Shown piece by piece: positions 12,119-25,501 of a stretch of DNA of 64,000 nt; the first letter of the stretch is position 1, and each line of letters opens with the position of its first letter. Origin of the DNA: Octopus sinensis. Taxonomy: Eukaryota. The notes below the pieces were generated by a model that was not told where the DNA came from, searched no databases, and saw nothing but the letters and a program-made list of their open reading frames with translations. A program made the position numbers and the translations under genes. The DNA lies in the NCBI RefSeq assembly GCF_006345805.1, contig NC_043022.1, positions 23,374,001-23,438,000 on the forward strand. The letters run 5' to 3'.

Positions 12119-12485
12119 TATATATATATACACACATATATATATATGTATGTATGTATGTATGTGTGTATATGTGTATGCATGTATGTGTGTGTGTGTG
12201 CGTGTCTGTGCTTGTGATTGTCCTCCACCACTGCTTGACAACGAATGTTGGTTTGTTTACATCCCTGTCACCTAGTGGTTTGACAAAGGAAACAGATAGA
12301 ATAAGTACAATGCTTACAAAAATAAAACTGGAGTTGATTCATTAAACTACAATTCTTCAAGGCATTGCCCCAGCATGGCCACAGACCAATGGCTGGAAAA
12401 AGCAGAAGAATAAAAGAATACATTCTCTGCTTTGGTTTTATGTTCAAGGCATGAGAAAGCTTGAGTTTACATGAGAAGGCCTAAC

Positions 12486-12750
12486 AGACCTGGTAGAAAC
12501 AGCAGCCAAATCTCCCTCAAATCACACCTTACTGTCTTATGTATGTATATATATATGAGCCAATGAGGGGGACCTCTACATGGTAGCTAGACCTGGTAGA
12601 AATAGCAGCCAAATTTCCCCCAAATCACACCTTACTGTCTTATCTATGTATATATGTATGTATGAGCCTATGAGGGTGACCCCTACATGGCAGCTAGACA
12701 TGGCAGAAATAGCAGCCAAATCTCCCTCAAATCACACCTTACTGTCTTAT
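12486..12750 (+). repeat. Three tandem ~95-100-bp units
   Basis: agacctggtagaaa..agccaaatctccctcaaatcacaccttactgtctta is repeated three times. Confidence 0.8.
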
Positions 12751-13439
12751 GTATGTATATATATATATATACAAGCCACTACGGTTATTTAATGTAAAGT
12801 CTTCCTCAAATCACTCTCGCTATTTACTCTCTTCCAAGAACATTTTCACTCACTCTTATCTCTTAGCTTGCCATACATTTTACTCATGTATCTATCAGCG
12901 CGATAGACAGAAACAAATATTACATCGCCATCGCCATCGCATTCTATTGTCTACCTGTCAACACACACACAGTGAATTACTTTCATTTTATTCGTTGCAC
13001 ACTGTGTGTGTGCGTGTGCATGTGGTGTAAACCACATTAAGAAAAGCATTTGACATACACACCAGAATGTGAGTTTTCTGTAAATTTAGCTTAATTGGAG
13101 TTTAAATTTTAAAAACTGGACCTGGCATGACCCGATGCATTCTACTCTTAAAAATGCTAAGTAAATTGTAATTGAAGAAATCCTATATTGTAGATTTCTA
13201 TAACTGACAAAGGGATGCAGATAAAATCTGCCTTTTATAATAAGAGATTCCAGCAATTAACCACCCTTGAGTGCATCATCATTCCATTAAATGTGTTTAT
13301 GGGGAGAAAAACGTTGAAAAACATCAATAAATGTCAGTGCAAGGAAGACATGAGGTATTAGTGAGCTGTGCTAAAATAAAGTTATATTGCCTTAAACGCA
13401 CACACCAAATGTTTTAGTTTTCATAAACATAAGAATTCC

Positions 13440-13890
13440 TATGTATAGAACACAAACACACAAAAATTTTCCGAAAATTCCAAAAATCAAAAAGTTATAA
13501 GAGGTTTTATGGAGTGCTGGTACTTCCTGGTTGGCAGTACAGTATTAAGTTTTCATAATCATTTGGATTCCTGTGTATAGAGCACATATGAATTCCCATG
13601 TATAGAACACAAATTCACAAAAATTTTCTGAAAATTCCAAAAAATCAAAAAGTTATAAGAGGTTTTATGGAGTGCTGGTACTTCCTGGTTGGCAGTACAG
13701 TATTAAGTTTTCATAATCATTTGGATTCCTGTGTATAGAACACATATGAATTCCCATGTATAGAACACATATGAATTCCCATGTATAGAACACAAGATCA
13801 CTAAAATTTTCTGAAAATTCCAAAAAATCAAAAAGTTATAAGAGGTTTTATGGAGTGCTGGTACTTCCTGGTTGGCAGTACAGTATTAAG
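13440..13890 (+). repeat. Three tandem ~150-180-bp units
   Basis: gaaaattccaaaa..gaggttttatggagtgctggtacttcctggttggcagtacagtattaag is repeated three times. Confidence 0.85.
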
Positions 13891-14011
13891 ATAGTTCATT
13901 TTAAGATAAGAAAGTTTCAGGATTTGATAGAGATCTAACAGGCACAGAATATAAACTAACAAAAAGAATGAGGTTATTTAAAACTAAAACTTATTTGAAA
14001 AGTTAACTAAC

Positions 14012-14037
14012 CGATGCATTTCTCTGGATTCATCCAT
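14012..14037 (-). CDS. Gene A exon 1 coding part (MDESREMH-R)
   Basis: accATGG Kozak context, 26 coding nt, CG|gttagt phase-2 donor matching the exon 2 acceptor. Lies in a block homologous to 44590-44700. Confidence 0.75.
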
Positions 14038-14794
14038 GGTGGTCCCAACTATTTTCTGTGAATGACGTTCAACAAGAAGCTACAGCACAAGAAATACAAT
14101 ATATAGCTTATATATGTAGCTGTTCACGCAGGTGAGGAAAAAAAAGTGAATGACAGAGTGGGAGTGGGTAGTAGTGGCAGTCACTGATACAATAGACGAT
14201 TTCAATTACATAATTGTATTTAGGTCATCAGTTTCTATCTCTCTCATGCATGCACACAATTATTCATTTACCTGTTTCAGTCAGTTCACTGCAGCCATGC
14301 TGGAGCATTGCCTTTAGTTGAACAAATCAATCCCAGGAGTTATTCTTTGTAAGCCTAGTACTTATTCTATCAGACTCTTTTGCCGAACTGCTAAGTTACA
14401 GGGATGTAAACACACCAACATCTGTTGACAAGCAATGGTGATGGGGACACGGACACACAAATACATACATATGTTCACCATGTTGGACTGCTGAACTCTA
14501 CAAATTTTTATCATTCTCTCCCTGTTTATTTTCTTAAATGGCTGATAATCATCTTCCACGCCGCAACTGATATTGTTTCAGCACATGATCACAGATCAAA
14601 GTACTTTCTACGTAAGTACATTGCCGTAATTTAATTTTCATTTCGTGTCAGAATTTTCGTCGCTCGACCAGTATCACAGATGAAGTTTATCCAGGACAGA
14701 CACTAGCAGACAGACCAGATTTAACTGACAGAATATTTAATATGAATGTTTGGGAACTCTTGCATGATATTTTGGAGAAGAATGTTTTGGGAGA

Positions 14795-15640
14795 GGTTGC
14801 AGAGAACATGTGGGAGTGATTGCAGGGTGCATGTGGGAGAGGTTGCCGGGTACATGTGGGAGAAGTTGTAGGGTACATGTGGAAGAGGTTACAGAATACA
14901 CGTTGAAGAGGTTGCTGGGTACATGTGGGAGAGGTTGTAGGGTACATGTGGAAGAGGTTGTAGGGTACATGTGGGAGAGGTTGCCGGGTACATGTGGGAG
15001 AGGTTGTAGGGTACATGTGGAAGAGGTTGTAGGGTACATGTGGGAGAGGTTGCCGGGTACATGTGGGAGAGGTTGTAGGGTACATGTGGAAGAGGTTGTA
15101 GGGTACATGTGGGAGAGGTTGCCGGGTACATGTGGGAGAAGTTGTAGGGTACATGTGGAAGAGGTTACAGAATACACGTTGAAGAGGTTGTAGGGTACAT
15201 GTGGGAGAGGTTGCCGGGTACATGTGGGAGAGGTTGTAGGGTACATGTGGAAGAGATTACAGAATACATGTGGAAGAGGTTGTAGGGTACATGTGGGAGA
15301 GGTTGCCGGGTACATGTGGGAGAGGTTGCCGGGTACATGTGGGAGAGGTTGTAGGGTACATGTGGGAGAGGTTGCCGGGTACATGTGGGAGAGGTTGTAG
15401 GGTACATGTGGAAGAGATTACAGAATACATGTGGAAGAGGTTGTAGGGTACATGTGGGAGAGGTTGCCGGGTACATGTGGAGAGGTTGCCGGGTACATGT
15501 GGGAGAGGTTGTAGGGTACATGTGGGAGAGGTTGCCGGGTACATGTGGGAGAGGTTGTAGGGTACATGTGGAAGAGATTACAGAATACATGTGGAAGAGG
15601 TTGTAGGGTACATGTGGGAGAGGTTGCAGGGTACATGTGG
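14795..15640 (+). repeat. 23-bp minisatellite (gggtacatgtggRagaggttgYM) with variant units
   Basis: About 36 units. A variant ..ttacagaatacac.. recurs periodically. Confidence 0.9.
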
Positions 15641-16337
15641 ATTATAGAGTTTCAAAAGCATGTGCTACTCCATTGTCATATGTTGTTCGTATTAAAAAAA
15701 GATCCAGAAGATTATGATAAATTCGTTTATGCAGAACTTCCAATCCACAAACACAGCCAATTCTGTTTCGACATGTCACCAACAACATGCTAGATGGTTT
15801 ATGTGGGAGAGATAAACCCAATGCAACATGTATGGTTGATGGGAAATGTTAGGAACGTTTCCCTAAAGACTTTCAGGAAAATACATTACACAGTTATAAT
15901 GGCTATCCACTTTACCGATGTCGAAATAATGGTTTTTACATTTACAAAGTCGAATATTGAATTAGATAATCGTTCAGTAGTACCATATTCCTCACTTCTT
16001 TTTAGTCAAAAAAGGAGGTCATTTTAATGTAGAGATATGTGCATCTGTAAAATCAGATAAATATACTAGCAAATATATTGATAAAGGTCATGATTGGGTG
16101 ACAGTCAGTATCAGTGGACAAACCAATGCACAACAAACACACAAAGATGAAACTGAAAATTATATCAATGGTCGCTATGTATCTTCATCAGAAGCAGTCT
16201 GGAAGATTTTAGGGTTCAAATGACATGGTTCATATCCTGCAATCAAACAGCTTACAGTTCATTTACCCCAACAGCAATACATTTACTTTAATGACGATGA
16301 TGATATTGAACATGTTATCTGCACACATGACATGGAT

Positions 16338-16980
16338 GTGAGTTAACTGGGAATCACACACTGAATGGTTGTGAGTTAACCGGGAATCACACACTGAATG
16401 GTTGTGAGTTAACTGGGAATCACACACTGAATGGTTGTGAGTTAACTGGGAATCACACACTGAATGGTTGTGAGTTAACTGGGAATCACACACTGAATGG
16501 TTGTGAGTTAACTGGGAATCACACACTGAATGGTTGTGAGTTAACTGGGAATCACACACTGAATGGTTGTGAGTTAACAGGGAATCACACACTGAATGGT
16601 TGTGAGTTAACTGGGAATCACACACTGAATGGTTGTGAGTTAACTGGGAATCACACACTGAATGGTTGTGAGTTAACTGGGAATCACACACTGAATGGTT
16701 GTGAGTTAACTGGGAATCACACACTGAATGGTTGTGAGTTAACTGGGAATCACACACTGAATGGTTGTGAGTTAACAGGGAATCACACACTGAATAGTTG
16801 TGAATTAACCGGGAATCACACGCTGAATGGTTGTGAGTTAACTGGAAATCACACACTGAATGGTTGTGAGTTAACCGGGAATCACACACTGAATGGTTGT
16901 GAGTTAACCGGGAATCACACACTGAATGGTTGTGAGTTAACCGGGAATCACACACTGAATGGTTGTGAGTTTACTGGGAA
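16338..16980 (+). repeat. 33-bp minisatellite (gtgagttaactgggaatcacacactgaatggtt), about 19 copies
   Basis: Head-to-tail units with no unique spacers. Confidence 0.92.
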
Positions 16981-19299
16981 TTACCAGCTAAATCATTTGC
17001 ATGTACATTACTTTAGACTGATTTCCCTGAATTTTACTTATGGAATAATAGTGAGAAAATGTGGCATCTCAGAAAAAATAATACACACTCAGTTGGGGGC
17101 ATCTACTTTGTTTCACTCAAGGAACAAGAGCAATTCTGAGAGCTTTACTATATCATATTCCCTGAGCTACATCATTTGAGGATATGAGGACTATTAATGG
17201 CGTAGTTTGCCATAGTTACAAAGAGGCTGCAATGAAACTGGGTTTAGCACATGATGACCATGAATACTATTGCGCTGTGGATTTTGTAAATATTTCAGCT
17301 ATTCTGTATAAAATGCCAAAACTTTTCTGCTAAATTCTGAATTAATACATTCCATATTTTTTATTTTTATTTTTCATTTCTTTTACTTGTTTCAGTCATT
17401 TGACTGTGGCCATGCTGGAGCACCGCATTTTAGTTGATCAACTAGACCCCGGGACTTATTTTTTGTAAGCCCAGTACTTATTCTATACGCACACACATAT
17501 ATATATATATATACGACAGGCTTCTTTCAGTTTCCATCTACCAAATCCACTCACAAGGCTTTGGTCGGCCCGAGGCTATAGAAGACACTTGCCCAAGGTG
17601 CCATGCAGTGGGACTGAACCTGGAACCATGTGGTTGGTAAGCAAGCTACTTACCACGCAGCCACTCCTGCGCCTATGTATACTTATGTGCATCTGTAACA
17701 CAAATTATATGATACAATGTAAAATATGCTATCTTAAAGATAGTGTGTTTGCACTACTATATATATATATATCTTATGTAAAATCCATTGTCTGTCTGTG
17801 TGTGTGTGACTTCTCGGATCTCGGGCATCCTCCATCCGATTGCGCTCAAATTTGAAATGTAGATACCGACGGTATCAGGGCATGTATAAGTCTTGAAAAA
17901 ATTGATTCCAGGTGAGAATGCGATTGATAAAGCCGTTTTTGTCCTGCTTTTCTTCCGTCAACTAGTACATAACTGCACCTTCCGTTTTTTGTTGTTTTTG
18001 TACTGCTTAAAGGCACATTTTTTTCCTGCCAAGCTTACTGTTTAAACCATGTTTGTGTTCTCCTAGTCAACAGCCTTATCATTACTGGTACTTTAAACTC
18101 TTCGGTTGCATATTTGTGTGAATAAAATCGTTTTTCTTTGGAATAGAAAAAGAGTCTATTTTTGTTTCTTCTTTTGCTGGTGTCTCAAATTTAGGTTAAA
18201 TCAGTGTTTCTCAAAGGGGGTGGGGCTATGGGATGGTCGAACAAGTTGTTTTGAGAAAATTTGCTTTAAATGTTTGACAACTCAGCACTATCCATTGGCG
18301 GGGTGGGGTGGGGGCCTTTTGCTCATATATATATATCGTTGTATATATATATACATATATATACAGCCACTGAACCTCATATCCAGCAACCTTGTGACCA
18401 GAGATGGTCCAGAATTCTGGATTTTCCAGATTTCTGGACACAGGCTAAATATATACCAAAAATATAAAAGGTTGATATTTACTTTAATACTCGGCCACCA
18501 AAAAATTAAAAAAAACAAAGTGGGAATGGCACTCGTCATTGCTGGTGACCTGTATATGGCACCTCTGAATTGTGATTGTGATCGTTGCTGGTGTCTGTAA
18601 ATAGCATCTGTGGTGGTGGCACATAAAAGTACCCATTAAACTCCTGGAGTGGTTAGCATTAAGAAGGGCATCTGGCTTTATAAGCCATGCCAAATCGAAC
18701 TGGAACCTCGTGCAGCTCTCCAGCATATCAACCCCAGTCAAACTGTCTAACCTGTGCCAGCATGGAGAGTGGATGTTGAATGATGTTGATGATATATCTA
18801 TGTATATATATACATGTATATAAATATATACACACATATATATATACATGTATATATATACATACATATACATATATCTATATATATATACATACCTACA
18901 TATATATATATGTGGATGTATGTGTGTGTGTTTATATGTGTGTGTGTTTGTGTGTATGTATTTATATAATATAGACTTCTACTATAACATAGGGCCAACC
19001 AAATCCTTGTGAGTAGATTTGGTAGATGGAAACTGAAAGAAGACCTTTATATGTATGTTTATGCTTATATATATCATCATCATCATCGCTTAACGTCCAT
19101 TTTCCATGCTAGTATGGGTTGGATGGTTTGACTGAAGACTGGCAAGCCGGGAGACTGCACCAAGCTCCACTCTATTCTGGCAAGGTTTCTACAGTTGAAT
19201 ACCCTTCCTAACATCAACCACTCCAAGAGTGTAGAGGATGCCTTTTACATGCCATTGGCACAGGTGCTAGCCAGGAGGCACTGGCATCTGTCACGGCAA

Positions 19300-20255
19300 C
19301 AATTTCACTTCTTTCAACAAATCTTTACAAGCACAGTATATTGCCTGACGGATAAAGGGTACTTTTAAACAGGCTGGTTATGCAACACTGGCATTGGCCA
19401 TGGCTATGATCTCACTAGGCTTGCCAGATCTTCTCAAGCACAGCATATCTCCAAAAGTCTCAGTTACTTGTCATTGACTCTGTAAGGCCCAACATTCAAA
19501 GGTCATGCTGCACCACCTCATCCCATGTCTTCCTGGATCTACCTCTTCCACAGTTAGGGTGTGACTCTTCTTCACGCAGCCCTCTGCATCCATATGCAAC
19601 ACATGACCATAGTAGCGCAGTTGTATCTCTTGCACACCACATCTCATGCTTTTTATGTCCAACTTTTTTCTCAGAACGCTTACACTCTGTCATGTATGCA
19701 CACTGACATTACACATCCAGCAGAGCATACTAGCTTCATTTCTTTCAAGCCTGTGCATGTCCTCTGCAGTCACAGCCTTGTGTAACATGGTTGTTCACAC
19801 ACATGCATCATACAGTCTACCTTTCACTCTGAGCAAGAGGCTCTTTGTTACCAGCAGAGGTAGGAGCTCTCTGAACTTTGCCCAGGCTATTCTTATTGTA
19901 GCAGCTACGCTCTCAGAGCATCCACCCCAACTACTGACTTGGTCAACTAGGTAACAGAAGCTATCAACTACTTCTAGTTCTTCCCCCTGGCATGTGATGG
20001 AATCTATTTTCTGTACATCTTCGCTGTTTATTGCTCCTGTGCATCTACCACACACAAAAACTATATTCCCAGTTAACCTTTCTTTGATATTGCTATACCT
20101 CTTAGGTGTCCATAACTTACACCGGGTACATCTTATGGAGTTTCTAACGCCTTTTCAACAGATCAAACAGGGCCATCTACCTGAAGGGAATTGTGATTTG
20201 TCTGCCTTCCTATTTACTAAGACTTTAGATTTTGCTAGACTGACTTGCTTCCACA
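19300..20255 (-). mobile_element. RTE-clade LINE ORF2 C-terminal fragment
   Basis: LEVVDSFCYL.D.VSSWGGCSESVAATIRIAWAKFRELLPLL..KGRLYDACV.., followed by ..GRGRSRKTW. Confidence 0.8.
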
Positions 20256-22250
20256 CCTGAAACTTCTTCTTTATTGCAAATAGCTGTTACGGGGTTGCAG
20301 GGCATGCTAAAGTTGAACAGTTCCAACCAGTCAATTTCAAAATGAATGCTTGTATTTTGTAATACATAAGCTTTTGCTTTTATAGTTTTACAATGAAATG
20401 TAACATTACAAATAATTTCACCTTCAAAAATTAATTTAATCCTCAAGACTCCACGAGCAAGCTTTGAGGTTTTCTGTAGTGAAGGTTTCCTGATTTTTTT
20501 TCCATGTATTTTCATTAATTAAAATAATGTCACTACCTGTGTCTAACTGTAATTTTACATTTGTATTATTAAATTTTACATACATAAATTTCTTTTAAGT
20601 CTCATCTTTATTTCTTGTCACTGATAAACAGTTTACGTGATTTTTTTCTGTTGAACCATTTGCTACATTTTGTTTAAAAGTGTGATTTTTTATGACCTAT
20701 CTTACTACACTTGAAGCATTTTCAATTTTTATAAGGACAGTCAAATTTGTAGTGTAATTCTCCACATCTAAAACATGGGTTAATATTCTCCTTTTCATTA
20801 CTTACCTTTGGTCACACCAATTGTATATGTGATCGGCATTCCTCAGATATTTTAGATATATCTTGTAATATTAGCTTCTGATTCTGCTCTAATTTAGTCA
20901 GAATTTGGTTCCGAATTTCCACATTTTTCTTTGCTATTAAACTTTTCACGAAAATTAAATATTTAAACATATAGCTCATTACTTTTAAATCTCTCACATT
21001 CTCTATCCCTATTAACAATTCCAGTATATGTAATAAAATATTCATCTTATTTTTCTGTAATATTCATGCATTGCCAATGCATATTAAATAAAGAGCTTTT
21101 TCGCTGAAAATCTTAGACAGAATATTCACATTTTCTTCAAAACAGACTTTACCTGGTCTCTTTGGTAATATGTAATTTCAATATTTCTCATGCTTGGCTG
21201 ATGCCAGCTATCTCAACAAAAGTCAGGTTTGATTTATCGTCTTGCTAGTCAGAGCACTCATCTTTAAAAATTTCTTCATACCCTCTAAAGTAAGAAGGAA
21301 AAGTAGTACCCTCCTCTGGGTTATATACAAACTCTCAGATGGAGTTTGTGACCATGTCAGAATGAACTACACATTCTGCCTATATATTGATTGATTGAAA
21401 TAATGTTGTCATTAAGCTTTTACCTTTATATTATACTACAGAAGACGGTTAGGATTACAATTTTTGTATGACTTAACAGAGCTGTCGCTGTTTAGTTATG
21501 TAATTAGGAGTGGTTGTAATTTACTTATGGAATGTATTTATCGATATGTTTGTACATTGGGTAAATGTGTTTGAAAGTTGTGGTTTCTTTGGTTTACTTG
21601 TTCCCAAACAACACTTATTTTAGTGCTGTTGACACTGCCAGATTGAATGGTACAGCCCAGGTGTTAAAACCATAATGATATCTGATGGGCAGCTGATGAT
21701 GGGGATATGTTGGATTATTGGTATGGCTGTTTTTGTATACATGGATTAGTATTATTGGATTGTTGGTATGACTGTGGAATAGTATTATAACACATCCTTT
21801 TGATATATTTTCTGTTTTCTTCTGTAGCCATTGTACTAACAGTTGCTGTTGCTTCTGCAATTCCAACAACTGCTGGTATTGCTGCTGTTTCTGTAATTGA
21901 ATTACCAGAGCTAGTAAATCTTCCATGTTCAAACAATAACCTGTCCAGCATGGGTTCGAATATCCTCATCACCAAAAATATTATGACATGTGTGTAAGAA
22001 TAGTATTACCCAAATAATTACTTGGATATGGTTATCTAGAATAACCTATCACAGAATTATTACGTTAACACAGAATGCACTCCGTACTACTCCAAACCTA
22101 GCTATGATATTAAACTAACACAGTAACCAATATGGACAATCAATGCTATCAACTTTCTGATAGTTCACACAGTTCTTTATTTATTGAAAATCCGTTAGTC
22201 CGTTTTTTTGTCACATGGAGGTGTTCAGGATCCTTCCACAACAATTTTGA
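20255..22250 (-). mobile_element. Decayed Ty3/gypsy LTR element: 5' LTR, PBS, gag and protease remnants
   Basis: Candidate LTR about 21984-22250 starting TGTGG. PBS-like TGGTGATGAGGAT at 21962-21974. Gln-rich gag start MEDLLALVIQLQKQQQ, then EFVYNPEEGTTFPSYFRGYEEIF, and protease-like FEGEIICNVTF..AYVLQNT..DW. Multiple stops. Confidence 0.7.
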
Positions 22251-22260
22251 AAAATAAAAA

Positions 22261-22278
22261 TTTATTTCATGGTTTATT
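22261..22278 (-). promoter_or_regulatory. Candidate poly(A) signals of gene B
   Basis: TTTATT at 22261-22266 and 22273-22278, homologous to 1594-1611. Confidence 0.4.
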
Positions 22279-22894
22279 GTTGTTTATATTTTGAACTACA
22301 TATATATGTAGGCGCGGGAGTGGCTGTGTGGTAAGTAGCTTGCTAACCAACCACATGGTTCCGGGTTCAGTCCCACTGCGTGGCATCTTGGGCAAGTGTC
22401 TTCTGCTATAGCCCCGGGTCGACCAATGCCTAGTGAGTGGATTTGGTAGACTGAAACTGAAAGAAGCCCATCGTATATATGTATATATATATATGTGTGT
22501 GTATGTATATGTTTGTGTGTCTGTGTTTGTCCCCCTAGCATTGCTTGACAACCGATGCTGGTGTGTTTACATCCCCGTCACTTAGCGCTTCAGCAAAAGA
22601 GACCGATAGAATAAGTACTGGGCTTACAAAGAATAAGTCCCGGGGTCGATTTGCTCGACTAAAGGCGGTGCTCCAGCATGGCCACAGTCAAATGACTGAA
22701 ACGAGTAAAAGAGTAAAAGAATAGGCAGGGCTGGATTAAGACCTATAGAAGCCCTAAGCACTTAAAAGATTTTAGTGTTTCAATATAGATCATATTAATA
22801 CTGGTATAAGCAGATATTTAGATATTAAGTGATGTAGTAATGCTCTTCTTATTCAAAACACACACCATGGTAGAGAACATTTTTTTTTTAATAA

Positions 22895-23097
22895 TCACTC
22901 CTCTAATGGTAAAAATTGAATTGAATCATAACATCCAGCCTCAAAGAGAGCATTAGCTAAATTGCCACTTGTACATGTGTCCGGCTTGGAAATCTGTAAC
23001 CATCTGTTTAACATTTGAAAACTTTGTTCTTCAACATTATTTTGGTTGTTTGCTTCTATGTTTTCCAGCTCAGCGTTTTTAATTTCTAGATCCCGAC
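22895..23097 (-). CDS. Gene B exon 5 (last coding exon): C-terminal part of a death domain
   Basis: ttttattttcag|GT, 203 nt. Translates (G)RDLEIKNAELENIEANNQNNVEEQSFQMLNRWLQISKPDTCTSGNLANALFEAGCYDSIQFLPLEE* with TGA at 22895-22897. Confidence 0.88.
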
Positions 23098-24206
23098 CTG
23101 AAAATAAAATATTATATCATTGACAAGAAGAATAATAATAGTAAGTCATATATCAATTCCGAAGGACAAAAATAGATAACGAAAAAAAAAATATCCAAAT
23201 ATGAAGATCTGGAAATGGCAACAAGCAGAATCTGGGGACTGAAAATAGAAAGAATCAAGATAATAATTAGTGATACTGAAATGATTATAAGTGATGTGGA
23301 CAAGCACATAAGCTAAATGACTTAAACATAGATACTGCATACAGAAAATGGCACTACAAGGTACATAGATATTACATGGAGAACTTCATAAGTAGTTAAA
23401 GTGTTGGACTCGTGATTGTAAGATTGTGGTTTCGATCCCTGGATTGTTGGTATGGCTGTGGAAAAGTATTATAACACATCTTTTTGATATATTTTCTGTT
23501 TTCTTCTGTAGCCATTGTACTAACAGTTGCTGTTGCTTCTGCAATTCCAACAACTGCTGGAATAATCCAACATCTCTCCATCATCAGCTGCCCCTCAGAT
23601 ATCATAAATTCCCTAAGTAAATTACAACCACTCCTAAATACATAACTAAACAGCAACAGCTCTATTAAGTCATATACTTCCTTTCACATTAACCCTCCAG
23701 TTCCACTCAGCAGGCAATAATGAGTAATCCTGCGATGGACCACCATCCCATCCCATCCAGGAGAAAATATATATAGGTCAGAGAAACCTGGAAACTGGCC
23801 ATATTCAGTTAATGTAGGGAAAGTGAAAAGATCTATATTACCAAATAAGGGAAGATCATGATGATGTGACTGACGCTTAGCATAAAGGTTGTACCCAAAA
23901 TATGTCCACAGCTGCCACTGTACTCACTAAGCCTCTCTAGCTAATAATGTCTTTATCTCCTCATTGTATTATTTCAAACTTTGATTAGTTACAATTTCGA
24001 AGTTGTCTCCCTTTGTCTTGAATTCGATTTCGTTAACACTAACTTTTTGATACTGACTTTGGTTCTATGCTACAAATTTTGCCAATTATCAGTGTTTTCG
24101 TAATCAATGTGAAAATCCATTGCACGGGTGATTAGCCCATTCAACTTCCCTAAAATTTGATGGCCTGAACACAATATGGCAAAGAACAAATTAAGTTTCG
24201 ATTTAA

Positions 24207-25268
24207 CCCTTTCGTTACCAAACCGCCCAAAGCCGCTCGAAAAAAATTTTGGTTAATGTGACCAAACCCGCCCGAATTTACCTATTCATATTTAAATTAG
24301 AATATCAGAGCAAATCTCTTTATTACATTCGTGAAAACACGTGATTATGCTTTGTAAACAGTTCATCTACAGTTTTGTACAAAGATCGACGTGTAATTTT
24401 AATTCCCTGAATTTTGGGAGATTTTTTTCCACATTTTTTTCGGCATCGATTTTTCTTCAACTTTGAAAATGGATAGGAGTTTCATGTTATCAAGCATTGA
24501 TTCCGAATTGGAAAATTTGTGAAACAAATACTGGGTACTGTTGTGGATTTAGTTTTTATACAGGGAAACTAATGTTAAGTCAGCATGGCTTAGGGTATGA
24601 TGTGGTCCGGAAGTTATTGTTTGAAGCGATCAATGTGGAAACAAACTTACGCAGAACGTAAACAAACACAAAATGGGGGTTCAAATTTCGGAAAATTTGT
24701 GAAGCAAATACTGGGTACTGCGTGGATTTAGTTTTTATACAGGGAAAATAATGTTAGTCAGCATGGCCTAGGGAACGATGTGGTCTGGAATTTATCACTT
24801 CCATACCATAACCAGGGCCGTATATTATTTTTTGACCGATTTCTTTAGTTCTGGATTCAAGTATTTCAATTTATTCCACCTTTATGGTACACCTGTTGTG
24901 CATTAAATTCAACTGATGATATAGTAATGTGCACAATTCTTCTTTATCAAAATTTTGTTGCATACCCATTTGAATATTAGCTGATGATTCATTTTCTGTG
25001 GTGATGTTTAAACAAAATTTTAATATTTTTACCTTTTGCTCAATTTACCTGGATTTACCTGTAATTAAAGTCACTTTGAGACAAAAGTTATGCAATAGAA
25101 TTGATTAAGAACCCTTTCTTTAATTATGTTCCAAATATCACATTAATATGTTGATAAGTAAAAAAGTTACAGTTATTTAATGAAACAAGCCTAGATTCAT
25201 GATTATTTTAGAATTTAATTGAAACTCATGAGGGGTGTATTTTGGTCAGAAATATAGTAACGAAAGGG
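24207..25268. mobile_element. Non-autonomous piggyBac-like element
   Basis: TTAA at 24203-24206 and 25269-25272. Perfect 12-bp TIRs CCCTTTCGTTAC. Related end fragments at 608-700 and about 36488-36568. Confidence 0.85.
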
Positions 25269-25501
25269 TTAACAAAAGTGGAAGTGGATTGGTAGCACAA
25301 TTTGAAAAGACACACCAAATGTAGCGGAAAGTGTTTTACAGTGGAATCCGGATGAATATAGAAAGAAAGGCAGGCCTAAGAACTCATGGCATAGATCAAC
25401 ACAAAAGGAACTAGAGAAAGGGGGACATTCATGGCAAAGTACAGAAGCGAAAAATTATGCGACAAGGATTTCAATTATAAGTGGCCTATACTCCACATTG
25501 T

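Larger units (their letters stand above)
14680..17290 (+). mobile_element. Decayed Helitron Rep coding region interrupted by two minisatellites
   Basis: DRPDLTDRIF..ELLHDILEKNVLGEV / YMWIIEFQKH..HCH (Rep motif EFQKRGLPHAH), ..VVPYS.., ..GRYVSSSEAVWKILGF..YPAIKQL. Contains stops and frameshifts. Confidence 0.8.

Noticed and set aside
16338-16980. CRISPR-like 33-bp repeat array and its 230-aa ORF
   Set aside because: The units are contiguous with no unique spacers, there are no cas genes, and the context is eukaryotic. It is a minisatellite.
20812-21045. Possible DED-like exon for gene A
   Set aside because: Bounded by stops, phase-incompatible, and located inside the decayed gypsy gag region.
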